Positions 24,165 through 39,149 of a DNA stretch of 64,000 nucleotides are shown here, piece after piece; the stretch's first letter is position 1; every line of letters begins with the position of its first letter. Origin of the DNA: Takakia lepidozioides (taxonomy: Eukaryota > Plantae > Bryophyta); contig CM060731.1 in the NCBI GenBank assembly GCA_030704615.1, forward strand, positions 24,180,001 to 24,244,000, given 5' to 3'. The position numbers were made by a program, and so were the translations under genes. Below the pieces are notes generated by a model, which worked only from the letters and a program-made list of their open reading frames with translations, did no database searches and was not told where the DNA came from.

Positions 24165-26995
24165 AACGACGCAACGGCGTGAGCCTTGCGCGTGAGCGTA
24201 CGCTCACGCAGGAGTGACGTGGTGTGAGCGTGCACCTACGCTGACGTGGCGTGAGCGTGATGTCATCAGGCTGACATGACGCTGCATCATCATCTGTCAT
24301 GTCAGCATAAACATGCGGCGCCTATAACCGAGTATGGTCCTATGACCGTGGGATTAATGCAGGGAATCGTTGGCTAAATACAATGAAGACTACCATGAAG
24401 ACTACCATGAAGCCTACAACTGTGGCATCCAACATTGTGCAATTACAATTGTTTGTTTCGCTATTACAATTAAAATGACGACAAAATAACCTCACAACGT
24501 GAGTGCCATAGAGGCTGCCACGGGAAGACCCTGCTCCCTCCCCAAATAACAATGAGAGTTGGGATCACATTCAAAAGATGATTGCAGAGCGATAGGAGCA
24601 CATGTAGACTTCGAAAGGTGCAATGATGCATGTGCTTTAAAAAGCTGTCACTGAGATCTCACTAAGTATAGTTGGAAGCATAATGGAGGGATAAGGGATG
24701 TCATATCATTGCACCGCTGACTATGTTGCAAATGAATTGAATTGAATTTCAATAACAATGTTGTAAATTGCACATTACACAGCATGGTCGTCCACATACC
24801 AGATTGCATACTCACAGTCCATATAAACGAGATTTCAGATTGCACATTCCAGATTGCACATTCACCACATTCCAGATATACGAAGTGAGAGTTGATGTTA
24901 CATATGTGTTGTATCCCGCTGCAATAGAGTATCGACCTCGTTGAAACTTAGAGTGACCTGGTGAACGAAGTTGTCACGCTTGGGATTGCAAACCATTATC
25001 TTCAAAAATATTACCTCTCTTGCCCAAACTGGTTGATAGCATATTCACAAATCAGGACAGGTGCAATTGGGGAAATCAGAAACTGTGATGTCGTACGCCC
25101 TGTCATGAACAACAGATGTTGAAGTGATCATTGTGTACACCCGACCATACCCTGGATCGGGCACTTCCGTGGTGCTTGCAATACGAGCTTGGAGCATTCT
25201 TGCGGACTTCACCTTGCCGAAGTGTTTTGCGGTTGGAGGGAAACGCCAAACCAGCTTTCCATTTTGTTTGGTTGGCCACAAGTGAGGATTTATCAGAGGG
25301 ACCCGACAAGAAGCGGAACTGAAAGCAGATGCACGCAGAGGGGGTTGTAAGGGAAAAACCTGCCTCCTCCAGCATTGCAATCTCTTGACTTGTGAGATGT
25401 GTTCCCACCTTGACGGGCCAAATGGTTGGAGGAGTTGGCTTCATCACCACGGAAAGTCGCATAGTTCCATGCACACATCTACCTATCAAAAGTAGATAAT
25501 TTCTTTTTGCTCATGTTGTCTTCGGAATTGTGGCAGACTCGGGTGTTCGAGGCTTTGTGCGTGGTGAGGGTGCAGAAGGACACCATTACTCCTGATATTG
25601 CAGAGTTCCAGTTGAGGGACCTTGCAGCTTACGTTAACCCCACCTGCGAGCCTGTCAAGGATGATGTGGTCTTCAATTACGTGGACTCAGGTCGCACTAC
25701 GAATAGGTCAAATGGTGTCCCTTGGAGAGGTGCCCGGGAGAAATCCCAAGTTTTCATGCAGACTTTGGTGGAGACATGCAGCCGTCACGGTGGTCGAGTG
25801 GTTGACTTATCTATTGGCACAAGTGAGGCCCTGAACTTTGTACTTGAAATATGGACTGTGAAAGCTTCAATAGACAGAGGGAAGCCCTGTTCGTCTTCGA
25901 TTTGCAATAGCATCTTTCCATGCGTGCAAAAGCGCCGGAAGGCACTTCTTCGGCATGGAGGCTGATGCAGAGCTCTTCTCAAGCGAGCTTCATCAGCTTG
26001 AGTCGGGCTCTACTTTTGCCCCGCCCCCCTCACAGAGACAGTTCTGGAGAAGCCCGACGTGCCCGACGAGGATCTAGACGTGGACTCTGATTTTGAGTGT
26101 GAGTAAGTTTAGTTTTTTGTCGTGAAATAGATGTTGCATTCCCTTGTGTCATTCCCGTACTGTCCCGTTTGTTGCTTCGATGGTAAATTTCTGAATGGTG
26201 ACATCTAACACCATTCATCTTTTTGCTTTCCAGAGTGCGGTACCAATCATCGAATCACAGACACTTTTCGGTTTCCAAGGATGCTACATGACCCCGAGTC
26301 CCCCTCGAGCTTACCGCTTGTCTGTTTACGCGGAAGCATACACATGGGTGTTGTCCCAACAAACAACATGTTCGCCTCTCTATGGGGGTCATGGCAGAAA
26401 AAAAGATTACGGAATGGCTGGTGTATTTATAGATGATATTGCTGTAGAGTCTGGAAGTGGTTCCTCTGAAACCTCTAGTAGTTCGTGGGGTTCATGTACA
26501 CAGGCTTAATAAATGGTGTTTTGGTATTACAATCATTGCCAACCTGTTCTACATATTTTTCGCGCGTGCCGCAAAGTAGATTTTGGGATTGCCTGATGTA
26601 TGTCAGCATTGGAAAATGTTTGTGGGTTGGAAGGAAGGAACTATGTTACAAAAGCATGCATTGTTGTTCATGTTCAATTCCCTTGCGGGTGTTTTTCTCT
26701 TTGCAAAATCCTGTCATGTGCTCAAAAACCATCCACAAACCTCCCCTTGTTCCTCGGCCGGAATGAATTTGAATGTGGGGCGATCAAGACGGTTCAAAAA
26801 GTTAGGACATAAGCGCCTTGTTGTGCCCCATCCGTTCCGCGGAAATTAGCGGGGGGGGGGGGGGGGGGGGTGGGGGGAGAGCTCGGAATTAGGGCCTGCA
26901 CACGTGGAGCCTTGTTGACGTGGTGTGAGCCTGGCCAGGCTCACATGCTCCCGCAACCAAGCTCACGCGGAAGCATTCCCCTTTGCCGTGCTGTA
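24165..26995. mobile_element. Degenerate DNA transposon (MULE-like) with GTGAGC-rich ends, SWIM zinc-finger remnant (-) and N4/N6 methylase-like remnant (+)
   Basis: GTGAGC/GCTCAC repeat clusters at both ends with loose inverted similarity. YDITVSDFPNCTCPD at 25045-25100 (-). WRGAREKSQVFMQTLVETCSRHGGRVVDLSIGT at 25720-25822 (+). Confidence 0.5.
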
Positions 26996-28956
26996 GGATT
27001 TCATCTAATCATTTGTCATATGGATGGACAGAATTAAATGGATGAAATGGATGATATATGCACGGATGTTGGAGAATGCATGGCGGTTGGAAGCAAGTAC
27101 AACTTGGAGACGCACACGTGTGAGGGAATTAGGTCGAGCATCACGAGGACATCCACATAGGAAAAGTCAGAGACCGCCTGGAACCCACACAATAACTTGG
27201 CACTACATTTCAACCTATTGAGAGCCTCTAACTCAGGTGATTGTACCGGCAAAGCTTGCACACGCGCATTCAACTCCCATCCTATATCTAGTGTAAACTG
27301 GTTGGGAGGATTCCTGCAAAATCTGGTCCTCCTCAAGTCCCTTGTCAAATCCTCCCAACCCCTCTTTCTTTGGACTCACCAATAAATATCTTAAAATGTA
27401 GATGGTCGCTAAGTCTACTGATAAGGTGATGGCGACGATAACTATGAGATGCAGGGTTTGATTATTAATTATTGATTATTTATGTCACCCTAGTCCATGT
27501 GGTTTGTGTCACCCCCAAATCCGGTGTAACTTCTTCCTAGTGTGATTTGTGATTTGTAATTAGTCAAATGCCGTTACACCAAGTGGGATTGGAATGACAC
27601 TCCCATCCGTGTCACTCTAATGTCTGGTGTCACCCCTATGGTCACCCCGTTCTGTGTGACTCTCAGTAGGGTGGGGAAGATTTGACACGTCCAAAAACAG
27701 GCGCCCCATGCTGTCAGAGTAGTTCTTCTGTTAAAATCCCATTGTTTTTCCAACAGTAGGGGAGTAAATTAGAAGGACCGAAATATATGATCTTTCCATA
27801 GGCCAGGTCGTCGAAATTCCTACTGAAATTTCGGTAATTTGTATATACCCTAAATTAACAGTAATACCAAGTTCAAAACCCAACTTCAAAAGCTCCAGGA
27901 TTCCAGGTTCCCATATCTTATCCTGCCCTACCTCAGAGGTACATTGAGTAAAGAAATAGACTCTGGAGCTACCAAGAGAGGCTCAGAGAGGTATGGGACA
28001 CAGTTAGTATAAAACAGGAACCTCCACTACAACCCCAACCACTTTTCAGTTGACAAATCTGGAGAATGAGAAAGTTCATTGAGCTCTCCAGGTTCACATG
28101 CAATTGGTGTTGTTTTCACCCTTGCCCCGTTGAGAGAGGTCCTTATCACATTAAATCTGCCTTGGTTCACTTGGATTGACTGACTTGTAGATCCTTCATT
28201 TTAATGGAATGAAGACAACCCTAATTATTGCTGCCGAATTCAAGAGTACGTTCAACCTTCCAAAAGTGTGGATATAATCTGCTCAAAAGATAATAACTAG
28301 TGACCAAGCATGATCACACTTGCAGGGTGCTGCATGTTACTCATAAGCTACTTACACTCTGATGCAAAACAAGACCTATTTTACCAGCCACAAAATGTGC
28401 AACATCACTGTTGAACATCGCTTGATGGCACCAATGTGGGCAATTGGAACCTTTCAGAATTCTTAACGCGTTCTTGGGCGGCCACAGCCTGCAACTCATC
28501 CAGATATGGAAGAAGTGGGAACCAAGTACAATCCTTATATGCAGATACTTGAACAAACAATAATCCCCTTGAACCAGAAAGCCATATATCTGTGAAATCT
28601 GTTTTTCACCTATTAGTGTACTAATGTTCAAGATACTACTGATCTGCAGTCTAGTCTCTTTAATTCCTACGCCATGTTAACTTGTCTATTGTTAGGAAAT
28701 TTTTACCCCCTTTGAGGAAATACAAAGAGCCCACCCCAGCTGGGGACAGTGGGGAAGTGGCTGTTATTTGGCTGAGTCCTCTCACAGCTACTACACAAGT
28801 TTGCCTTTGTAAATGTTATTTTTTCCCTACTTTAATCAAAGGTTGTTATATGTGTAAAGGTCAATTGATGTGCATATATTTGCATGTCTAGTTAAGCTGC
28901 TGTAAATGCTAGCTAAATATTATGGACCTTGGCTAGACTGTTTTCTACTCGAGCAG

Positions 28957-31900
28957 TCATTCTTGGACATGGCTTGCTTTATCTTCCTCTCTTATTCTTT
29001 TGCTCTTTCTATACACCTGAAGTTGTGAAAGTAAAATTGTTACAATAGAGAGACAAACATGATTATACCCAACCTCTTGTGATCGAAACAGGTTGAGCAG
29101 TGACTGAACAGCCCCCACATGATACAAGCACATAAGAGATGATTTCCATGGCTGGAAACACATACAATCCTCAGTAAAGAGAGCTTATGAGCTTAAGTCA
29201 TACCATTTTCAGCCAATCTGTGCGGATGGTGATGATGAAAAGAGAGGTCATTTGGGCAAAGAGGCCACAAGCCAGACCTAACCACAAACCCTGCAAAATG
29301 GCCAACATTTTAAACAGACTCTAGCACATCTTCCAAGGATGGATTTGAGAACTTTATGTAATAAGAAGGTTACCGTCTGATTCTCAGATCTAATTCCAAG
29401 CATTAATATCTTCACATCTAAGAGCGACTAGACTAGACTTGGATGTTCAACATAAGGGACCCAAAACAGAGCATGGGACTCATCAAAACTCCAAGGGTAA
29501 CAAACCTTTGGGGTGATAGAGCTTGGGATTAACGCTGAATGAACAAAGAAAAGTGGCCTCAGTGCAGGTCCACAGGATCAACTGGTGTCATCAGAACTGG
29601 ACCAACATTGGAAACAAACCTGTTCGTTAAGATGGACCACAAACCCCAGAATGATGGCAATTGGCATGCCCAAGCAGTAAAAGGCTACCAAATTTGCATA
29701 GGCTCCACATTCTTGCCACCCGCATGCCCTCGCCACACCTGTAGGTTCAAACATACTCAAATATAAATCTGTTGGCCAGCAAATGGCTAAGTACAAATAA
29801 AGATTTGCTTATGTAATTACCACCTGCTTGGGACAGCAAGGCACAGTTGAGTCAGATAGTCACATAAACAAAGGGACGTCAGTCTAGCACACCTGAAAGA
29901 ACTCCTTGAATGCCATCCATGCAGCATGTGAAGGCAAGCAAGGGAAGTATCTTTGCTACGTGGGGCACCACTTCCTCTGAGTTGCTGAATATGCGACCCC
30001 ATACATTGCGCAGTAACAGCAGTGTAGTAGCAATCACCAGTGCCTGAATGGCTGACATCCCTAGCCCGATCTTCACTGCATATTTGGCGGCATGTGGGTG
30101 ACCACCTCCCAGCTCATTTGACACTCGTGTACTGCGACACACACACACACATGAGATCAGGCCAACTTTGTGGCTCATTTGGACCGCTCGAGTCATATCT
30201 TAATGTAAAACCCATTGTCATTGAAGCTAGCAATTCACCCACAGAAGCACTGCACCAGGGGAATTTCCAGTAACTGAGTCTTCCACTAGATGCAGTATTA
30301 GCATGTGATTCTTCCATTGTGTACACTCGGGTACAAATTTCATATCGAGCTTGAAACACTTCAAACAGAATTGTAAATTGGGAGTATATCAGCAGGTTAA
30401 TGTTCCACTGACAAATGAGGTTCTTTTGTGCAATAGAATGATAGCAGGTATTCCTACCATAAGCAAACAGAAAAGATAGACATCAGGCAGCTGGTTTCTA
30501 GAGTCTCTGCCCTGTAAAGACTTCCAACTCAAGAACCCTGTCAAGTACTTCCCCATATTTACCACATTACTCCAACTAGATCACTTTCAGAAGTAAAATT
30601 TATTCCCCAAACCAAAGAAACAAAGACTCTATTCATGAAGAAAGTTTGATGGTCCACCTTACAGCCGCACTAAGCCCAAAGGGGATCATGTATGTGAAGG
30701 CTGCTGTATTGAGACTGCACAAGAAAGGAAGGTAGTATAAACACCAAGATATTTGGTATAGTTTGATAATGGAAGAAAGAGAATGGGGTTTGAGCCCACC
30801 ACTTGCATCACTTGACAAGCAATTCCAGCATATATTGCATTCTAGTGCGCCAGTAGGACTTAGTTTGTGATGGCACACAAATACAAATAACATCTAGGCG
30901 TACAACCCCAGTTTACATCAATGACTCATGAGCATTGTCAAAAGAAAAGGTATAGGCAGAGGGAAACTTTAATACCATATGGAAAGCACTGACAACTCAA
31001 TCTTGGGGTTGGGTAATAGGCCCGCCAGAAGTACCAAAATCTCAAATGACCAATACTCCAGACTGCCATCAAGCAATATTGTGAGAGCCCTGTTTATACC
31101 GAGTAACTAGAAATTTCTAGTGCAAATTTCAAATTTTTTTGGAATGAAACACACGGTTGCCATCCTAGACCAGCAGACCATTAATTGCATTGAACGATGC
31201 AGATATGGGAGCTAGGACTGGACACCGCGCGTAACCCAAATCAGTAAGTCCTCGTCACTTTTGTTGTGGTTGTGCTATTTAAGGTTTGTTTGAAAATACT
31301 GGAGCAATAAGCTTTTGTTCTATCTAACCCCAATACCCAGGCCTAAGGGCTGACAACCAAGATCATGGCTTCAACCATTGCCATTGGTCTGGGCTGCCAT
31401 AATGGGCCCAATTCCCATCACATACTGTTCGCACCTCACTCAGTACACTTATGGTTCACCCCAACTTCTTTACCTGCATATTTCAATTGCTGAACTCCCT
31501 CTTTGCAGGAAGGTCTAAATTATTAAAAAGTTTGCATATGTCCCAGTGCCGCCCCCTTCCTCCATAGCCACTCGTAAAGGGCATGTTCCACACTCAACTG
31601 TGCCTTGTTGTCTTATACTACATCTACATAGGACAAAAAATAATTGCACTCTAGGTGTTTTGTACCAGTTCCAGCAGAGGTTGGAGTGTCTCTGGTCAAA
31701 TGATACTGTGATACCATGCCACATCAACATTCTTACAATTTGAAGACCAATGACCAATGGACAGAGAAGTAAGTCCCTCCAAGACTTAAGACTTCTGACA
31801 TGACCACACCTGACCTTTCAGTTCAAATAAATCGGAGACGTACGGATTGATGCCAACAGCCCATGAGACTGTTTAGGCTTTACAATACTCTATGAACAGA

Positions 31901-33984
31901 ACACTCTACCTGATCAGTCTAGCAATCGACATAGAAGCCCTCAAAGACTAAGAAATGCACATTTGCACATTTCTCTAGCTGCTTAGGAGTTCCTTGTATT
32001 GTCTCACTTCTACGGTGAAATCCAATTCCGCTGTGAAACTCCCACAATCACATTGAAATTAGCAATATCATTGCCACTCATATATGACAAATGTGAAAGG
32101 GACGGAGGGAAACAGTCCATAAGGTTATCTAGATACCTCACCTACCAAATCATCAATGCTGACGGAGTCGCCAGCTTCAAAAAGGGCATCACAGCCCCAA
32201 AAGCCTCTTGTGAGAAACCATTCCATGTCTTCCCAGGAAAATCTGAGAATGTGATATAGAGCAGCAGGAATAGTGCATTCAAGCAATAAGAGATGGATGT
32301 TGCCATGGCAGCACCAATTGAACCCACTCCCAACTTGTAAACCAGCAGGTAACAGAGGGTAATTTGGATCAGCAGTGTGCCCAAGGCGCATAAGGTCATG
32401 GGTACCACCACACTCTGTGTCTGAAGGAACTTCAGAAGGGGCTGAATCATTGCATGAGCAAACAAAGAGGGTACCAGCCACCAGATATACTGGCTTGCAA
32501 TGGCGGCAATCTCTTTATCTTGACCCATTAGTATCAAAACCGACTCCATGTTGTACCACAGTATGGCCAAAGGCAAGCACAGTATGAGCATACAAAGAAT
32601 GGCAGCCTGCAAATACACTCCCATCAGACGATACTGGCCTGCTCCATATGCTTGTCCACACAACGTCTCCAATCCACTTCCCATGCCTAACTGTATCCAC
32701 CACAAGATCCATTGGGTCATGATTCTTTGTTATTTCCGATATACCAATGGACACTGAAATTCCGCAATATTGAACCTATAGATCCCCATTGAAAGCTTTT
32801 CTAATTTTATAGGGGATGTAGATCACGTGGTTCACAAAGGAGAGAAATGATAAAGCAGCTAGATCCTTGAGAGACACGAATTACCAAGCAATATGGTCTC
32901 ACAGCTACAAGGGATAGCACTTCTACTGCTCTCTAAAGTAACGTTCAAACAAACAAGGCTGAACCAGCTCAAACGGTTCGATAGTGGCCAGTGGATCCAG
33001 TCTCAAGACCGTAGGTCCAAGGGTGCCCTGCACTGGTGCCTGCACCCATGTTCCGTAAGCCTACACCAAACAGTCAACGTATTGATAATGGGATGAACGC
33101 CCGCAGAATACAGAGAGGGGCCCTGCGGAAAAAACCAGTAGAAGACTTTCCCACTAATTTGATATCAGTACAGGCTTTATTCTAGGCTTGCAAATTCCAT
33201 TTGCGGACCACCTCTAGGTAGAGAAGGCTCGCAGAAGACACTGACCAGGAGAGTGAAGCCCGTAACGCTTGCAAGGGAACTAGCAATGGAAGTACTCGAC
33301 AGCTCGAGCTCCCCCAGATGACCCACAGATATAAGGGCAACGGCGAGGACTGAATACTGCAGCAAGTTGGTGAGAACCATGGGCCCCGCTATCACACACT
33401 GCCTTCTCACCTCCGACCACATGCTTTCGTGTAGTGAACTCGTTTCCTCATCTGCACACAAGAATCACACAGTTGTTACGTCAAACATTGGCTCTTGTTC
33501 ACATCGTTCGAGATTGGGTTGAAGTCGGGAATCTAGCAGTTTCATATGTCCTCGGTCTGTCGTGGAATGCATGCTTCCTGTCCAAGTGGTTCGAGAAAAG
33601 AGGAATTAATCACGACCACTGCATGCTTAACAAATAGCAGATTCTTACTAACCCGAATCCTATGACTGAGCCGACACTTGACAATCGTATTGCAAATTCT
33701 AACAAGCTGCACAGTAAGACAACTGGTTTTGCGAGAATAGCCCGTTGTAGTAAAGATTGCAAACTGGGGACATCTGGATGCGAGAACAAAGAGAACCTGC
33801 CCCGAAAAACATACAAACCCAACTTATAAGTTGACATGGCTTGATGTCCGTCACTACCCCACAATCAAGTTTCACCTGTCTCATTACAGCGACTCTTCCC
33901 GGAGGAGAAACGTGCATCAATTCCTCCAGACTCCTTGGCGTCTTCATTGTGAAGCAGCGGCACTGTCAACCTCTCTGCCGCCAT
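28957..33984 (-). CDS. MATE/DTX efflux transporter, 9 exons, ~502 aa
   Basis: Exons 33984-33876, 33451-33246, 32690-32146, 31062-30976, 30714-30658, 30131-29893, 29738-29620, 29290-29204, 29016-28957, all GT-AG and in frame. Motifs [48 protein letters not shown]-terminal ERLTVPLL dileucine-like motif. Confidence 0.93.
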
Positions 33985-36429
33985 CGCCACCTTACTACCG
34001 AGCTATTCCTTCACCACCTATTTCACACATTCACTCTCTCTTCAGCTCTCCACCCTCTCATGTTAGTCTATCCATCCACAGATCTCTCTCAACCATCAGC
34101 GTTGAGGTTCCAAGTGCCTCGTGGAAAAGCTGGTTGAGGCACTGCGCCGACACTTGTATCCGACACAGACGTATTCGAATCAGAATCAGACGAGGAAAAG
34201 TAGCAAAAGTAGCAGGCACATATTGGTCTCTTCCTCAAGGCCAAGGTCGAAGCTTGACTACTTTCCACAAGTAGGGGTTGATATCAACTCTGTGGCTTTC
34301 AGATGGTAGGCATGCGCACTGAGGGCTGAGCCTTACTACACAGTGTCTGTAGTCTATACTGGGTTTATGGTGCAGTGATTGTTGACAACCTGGTGATCAA
34401 TTCTTGACTGGCACATTAGACCATTAGTGTAAAACAATTGATCATCTCCAAACTAAATGGAAGTCCTACCTTCACTGGAAGGGGAACCTTAAGGTGGGTC
34501 CACCCATCCCTGACAATGACCATCTCTGCTGATCGCCCCATTTTTGGAGGCTGCACAAATTTACAGTATGGGTCTGTATCCTTAAGTGTCCCCATCTATC
34601 CAAAGCGTTGAGTAGCACATGTCATATCAATGTTATATACTCTGTTCAACAACTAATCTCAACTTACGGGGATGAGGTGGGGATAAAGGAGCCAGTAGAG
34701 ATTCCCAGAGTATGGATTATGGATCAAGATGGATTATGATGTAGGATGCTTTCATAACAGTTAAGTTGAATGTTCCATTCTGCAGTTTGTGACTCCTGGA
34801 ATTTTACACAAAGGACTGTATCTGACAAGCTCACTTCTGAGGTAGACGGATAATGGAGATACAAAACACAATGAGGATCCCATGGAGGAGAAAGACACAA
34901 AGGAAGGGATAAAATTCTCGAAGGAGAACTTCCGGGATCTCTATATTGGAAGACAGATCATCAATGTCATCTAAGTCATCTAAGTCTAATCATTTTTTTC
35001 CGCAGAGCCTACGACCAGATTTGAACCGGAGACCTTTTCCATATGCAGTTGGCCCATGTGTGAAGAATTCAAATCTAAGACCAAGGGCAATTTCTTATGT
35101 ATCCAAGTGCATCTCCCATCTAGCAATCTTTATTCATGTATCCGAGTGCATTTCCCATGTAGAGGCCCGGCAAGTGATAAAAATGCTGCCTCAGCGGGCC
35201 TGCCTGCGTGGCCCCACCCCCGCCCTCCACCTCGGCCCCCCTCGCGGTACCGCCGGGGCCGCGGCCACCGCGCGAGCCGCCCCCACCCCCTCCTACCCTC
35301 CGCCAGCGCGCAGGGTCCATTGCTCTCCAAAACATTGTCCTACATTCTCACTAAGCATTACTGTATTGCACGCATTTATCATGCATGCCCCATGAATGCA
35401 AGTAAACAGCCATCGCATCATGACTTTGCCATCATACAGTCATGTACATGTGCACATGCCTCCTCATACACATGTGTAGCGTGTCATTCTTTGCTTTGTT
35501 TTACCCTCCGAGATTGCTTGACAGCGGGTTGGCTGCTCAGTCGAAGCTTCACAACGGGATCCTGCTCTCGCTGGAGCAACTTGCAGCAGAGCACACACAC
35601 AGGAAGGATATCGATAGTAGAGCCTGATTGTTTTTCTGTTTGTTAGATTATGCAAGGGGCAGGAGTAGACGGGTGTAGAGGGCGCTCTTGTTGAAACGCG
35701 CAATTCCAATGTTTACAATGGATGCCTGGATGGGTATGAGGCGCCTTCAACAATACTCCAGGCCCTCAAACAGAGTGGAAGCACAAGAAAAGCTTTGTCA
35801 TGAGTGCACCCGCAATCGTAGGTAAGAGTTGACCATTTAGCTCCATTGGCAGCAGCACAAATCTGATCAATAGCTCACATGGATATCAGCAAGGTAGGAA
35901 ACCACACCTTTCCTGAAGATGTCCTACAATGTACTGCATTTTCGAAGCTAGTACTCATATATGTTGTAATGCCCTCAACCCAGTGGTAGCAAATGAGAGT
36001 TATTTGCAGATACAAGTCAAAATCTACAATAATTTAGTAATCCAGCTTTGAAGGTGCACTGGGTTGTTACAGATCTGGTGTTGGATTGTGATGGCTGCAG
36101 GTTGCTTGAGCATATCTGGCAAACGGTGGCCAATGTATGCTTCGCAATTTACCTGCTTCCCCTATCCACTTCCAAATTTGTTGTTGGACATGCTGATTTA
36201 CCAATTTACTATCTCATACTTAATCAAAACGATAGGTTTTTAAGAGTTTAGATTTCCTGCAAGTTCATTTTGTTGGCTCCTTGATGGAATTTGTGTTACA
36301 CTTTCTTTCCCTCCGTTGTTGCCTGAGCATGACAATGTCCAGAGCCTCTTCTTTCATTTGTTGTCATGTGTAAATCTGGCATGGGCGATCCACGATGCTC
36401 CCGCACGTAACATACACGGCGCTGCACGG

Positions 36430-37740
36430 CACTCACATTTTCCGAAATGGATTCAAGCCTAACGTTTTGATGCACAACACCCTTGTCAACATGTATGTAA
36501 GTGCATGAGCATCGTGGATGCTCCTGACCAAGTGTTCAGTAGAATGCCTCAGCGATCTTCGATCAGGTGGAATATAATGTTGGCAGGATTTACCAAGCAT
36601 GGGTGTGGTAGGAATGCTTTGGAGACCTATGAGCAAATGATACGCTAAGGGGTGAAGCCCAACCACATTGCGTTTGTTTGTGTTTGCAATGCGTGTGCAA
36701 GCTTGAGAGCCCTGGAAAAGGGGAAAGAGGTCCATGGTGACATCGTCAACGCTGGAATTGTACCAGATGTCATTTTGAACACTGCCCTGGTGGACATGTA
36801 TGCCAAACAGTGTTTTTTTCTTCAAATTTTGAAAAGAACAGGACTGGCTACTTAGTTTTGCAGGAAATAGCCATATTTTCTGCTCATCCACTGAAATTTG
36901 GACAGAATCATCCTCCTCTGTACTTTCATCCATGTATATCATCCATATTAGGCGAATTCATTTGAGATTTATATTTGTTTTTGAGAATTTTGGCGATTTC
37001 ATCCATGAGAAAACAGGGAATTTACGACAGAATATTCGATTTTGATTTTTGAGGTCAAGAAAGTGCAAAAAATTTCCGGAAATAAAAACACTGATGCCAA
37101 ATGTGGGTGCATTAAGGATGCGAAAGGAGTTTTCAACACTATGGCTGAACGAGATGTGGTGTCATGGAACACAATGCTTGCAGGGTATACACAGTAGGGA
37201 CATGGTATGGAGGCTTTGGAGACCTATGATCAAATGATGGGGGAAGGGTGAAGCCCGACCACATCATGTTTGTGTGTATTTGCAATGCGTGTGCAAGCCT
37301 GGCAGCTCTGGAAAAGGGCAAAGAGGTCCATGGTGACATTGTCAGAGCTACAATTGTACCAAATGTCATTCTGAACAATACCCTCGTGGACATGTATGAA
37401 GGGAGTGTGGTAGTGTGGATCAACATCCAAAACCAGATAAGTCGTCCCAGCAAGGCAAGGATGTATGCATAATTTGTGCAAAGCATGGATAGCTGAATGA
37501 GCAGAAATAGAGTTTGGGTCTGGAATGAATACTTTTCTGACCCCAATGCTTGTGGTGTGCTTGTGCAAGTCTGACAGCCCTGGAAAAGGGCAAAGAGGTC
37601 TATGGTGACATCATCAAAGCCGGAATTGTACTTGGTGGGCATGTATGCCAAATGTGGTAGCATTGAGGATGCAAAGGGAGTAGTTGACAATATGGCTGAC
37701 GAGGTATGGTGTCGTGGAGGGTGATGATCGCAGGATATGA
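36430..37740 (+). pseudogene. PLS-type PPR pseudogene
   Basis: Frameshifted P/L/S motifs (GVKPNHIAFVCVCNACASLRALEKGKEVHG, NTALVDMYAKCG, RDVVSWN) with stops; interrupted by a hAT MITE. Confidence 0.9.
36808..37093. mobile_element. hAT-type MITE inserted in PPR pseudogene
   Basis: TIR cagtgttttt / aaaaacactg. 8-bp TSD atgccaaa at 36800-36807 and 37094-37101, splitting MYAK|CG. Confidence 0.9.
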
Positions 37741-39149
37741 AGCTGCATGCCTTCTGTTTGATTTTCTTATGTGTGTTTGCTACTTTTAATGTTGAGTGCT
37801 TGTTTCCCGTGTGTTCCTCAAAGCAGTGTTCTAACAATGTGGTCCCGTGCCATTGTATGCATGGAGTAGCGGTTTCTCTTTGTACTGAGTTGCAATGTCT
37901 GTATTTCGCAGTTATGTGTGCTCTGAGTGGATGTGTAACTGATTGCCTGTATTTGATATACTGATGTTTCGGTGTGGTTACGTTTTTTCCATGGTGCTTA
38001 TGGTTGTAGAGCAAACACAGTACCGTCATACCAGTCTAGAATATATATTACTGCATGTATGTTCTTCTAAGGATAGTGGTAGGAGTTTCAGTACAATGAC
38101 AGACATCTCGCTTCAAGGTTAGAATGTGTTAGTGGGAGACAAAGTAGGCTGTTGAAATCAGACCTCATCAGTGTAGTTGATTTCACTGCACTTAATGTAC
38201 CCCACTTGTATGCCTTGCCTTAATGTCTTCAGTGGCCTTCCTACTTGATGGGCAATGTCTTTATAAATGTGGAAACAGTGACGCTAGGTGGGCACTGACT
38301 CTCGGTTGCCTTTGTGCAGGAAGTCGTATTGAAAATTCAAAGCAATCCACAACTTGTACCTCTTTACTTAACAGGTTTCCATTTGCAAATTGAATTGTGT
38401 TGCAAGAGGGATAAATGATGCAGTATATGGATCAGAGTCTGGTTGTGCCAATCATAAGGGTTTTGTGTGATATTAAACTCTCCTGGAGGTCATGTACTTA
38501 TTACCCAGCAATATGTCTTTACCTGAATTTGTCAAACTGCTCTATGCACCTGATGACAAACTGGTTACAAAGAATTGTTGTTCTGACATTGAGAAAAAGA
38601 ATGTTATTGTAGACGAAAAGAAACGTTGACACCGATCGCGTATATGATGCAAATTATCTCAAATGATACCAGATTGCTCTTGTATGTAATGGCAGTGCAT
38701 AAACCAGTCCAATACTGGTTTCAACCTTAAACAATATTGGAATGTTATAGTCGTTCACTTATATAATTGTCGAACAGTACTTCCAAAAGTGATATGCCCA
38801 AATGTGTTCATACACATTTGTTCAATGTCCCTCCCTGTCACACCTGAGAAGCGTGTATCATCGCACCATGCTTTTGAAACCTCATCTGTATGCATGTGAT
38901 ATTGGCAGGAACATGAACACAACTTAGCAGGAAGTATATGAGACACTCAAGATCTCTTCCAATGTCAAGAGCTGAAACCCTGGACACATTTCACTATTTC
39001 TGATCCCGTGTTTTCTCAATTTCATGGCTGTTGCAATCCACTGTCATGTTGTCATAAACAATGGCTCCAATGAGACAGTAGGACAAACGTCCCATTGGAC
39101 ATCATCAATATTGCTATATGTGAAATCAAGCTCTTACAAACAAGGGCAT

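Noticed and set aside
35005-35050. tRNA-like T-arm/B-box fragment (ggtctccggttcaaatctgg on -); similar SINE-like heads near 27220-27280 and 49650-49710
   Set aside because: No complete cloverleaf could be built.
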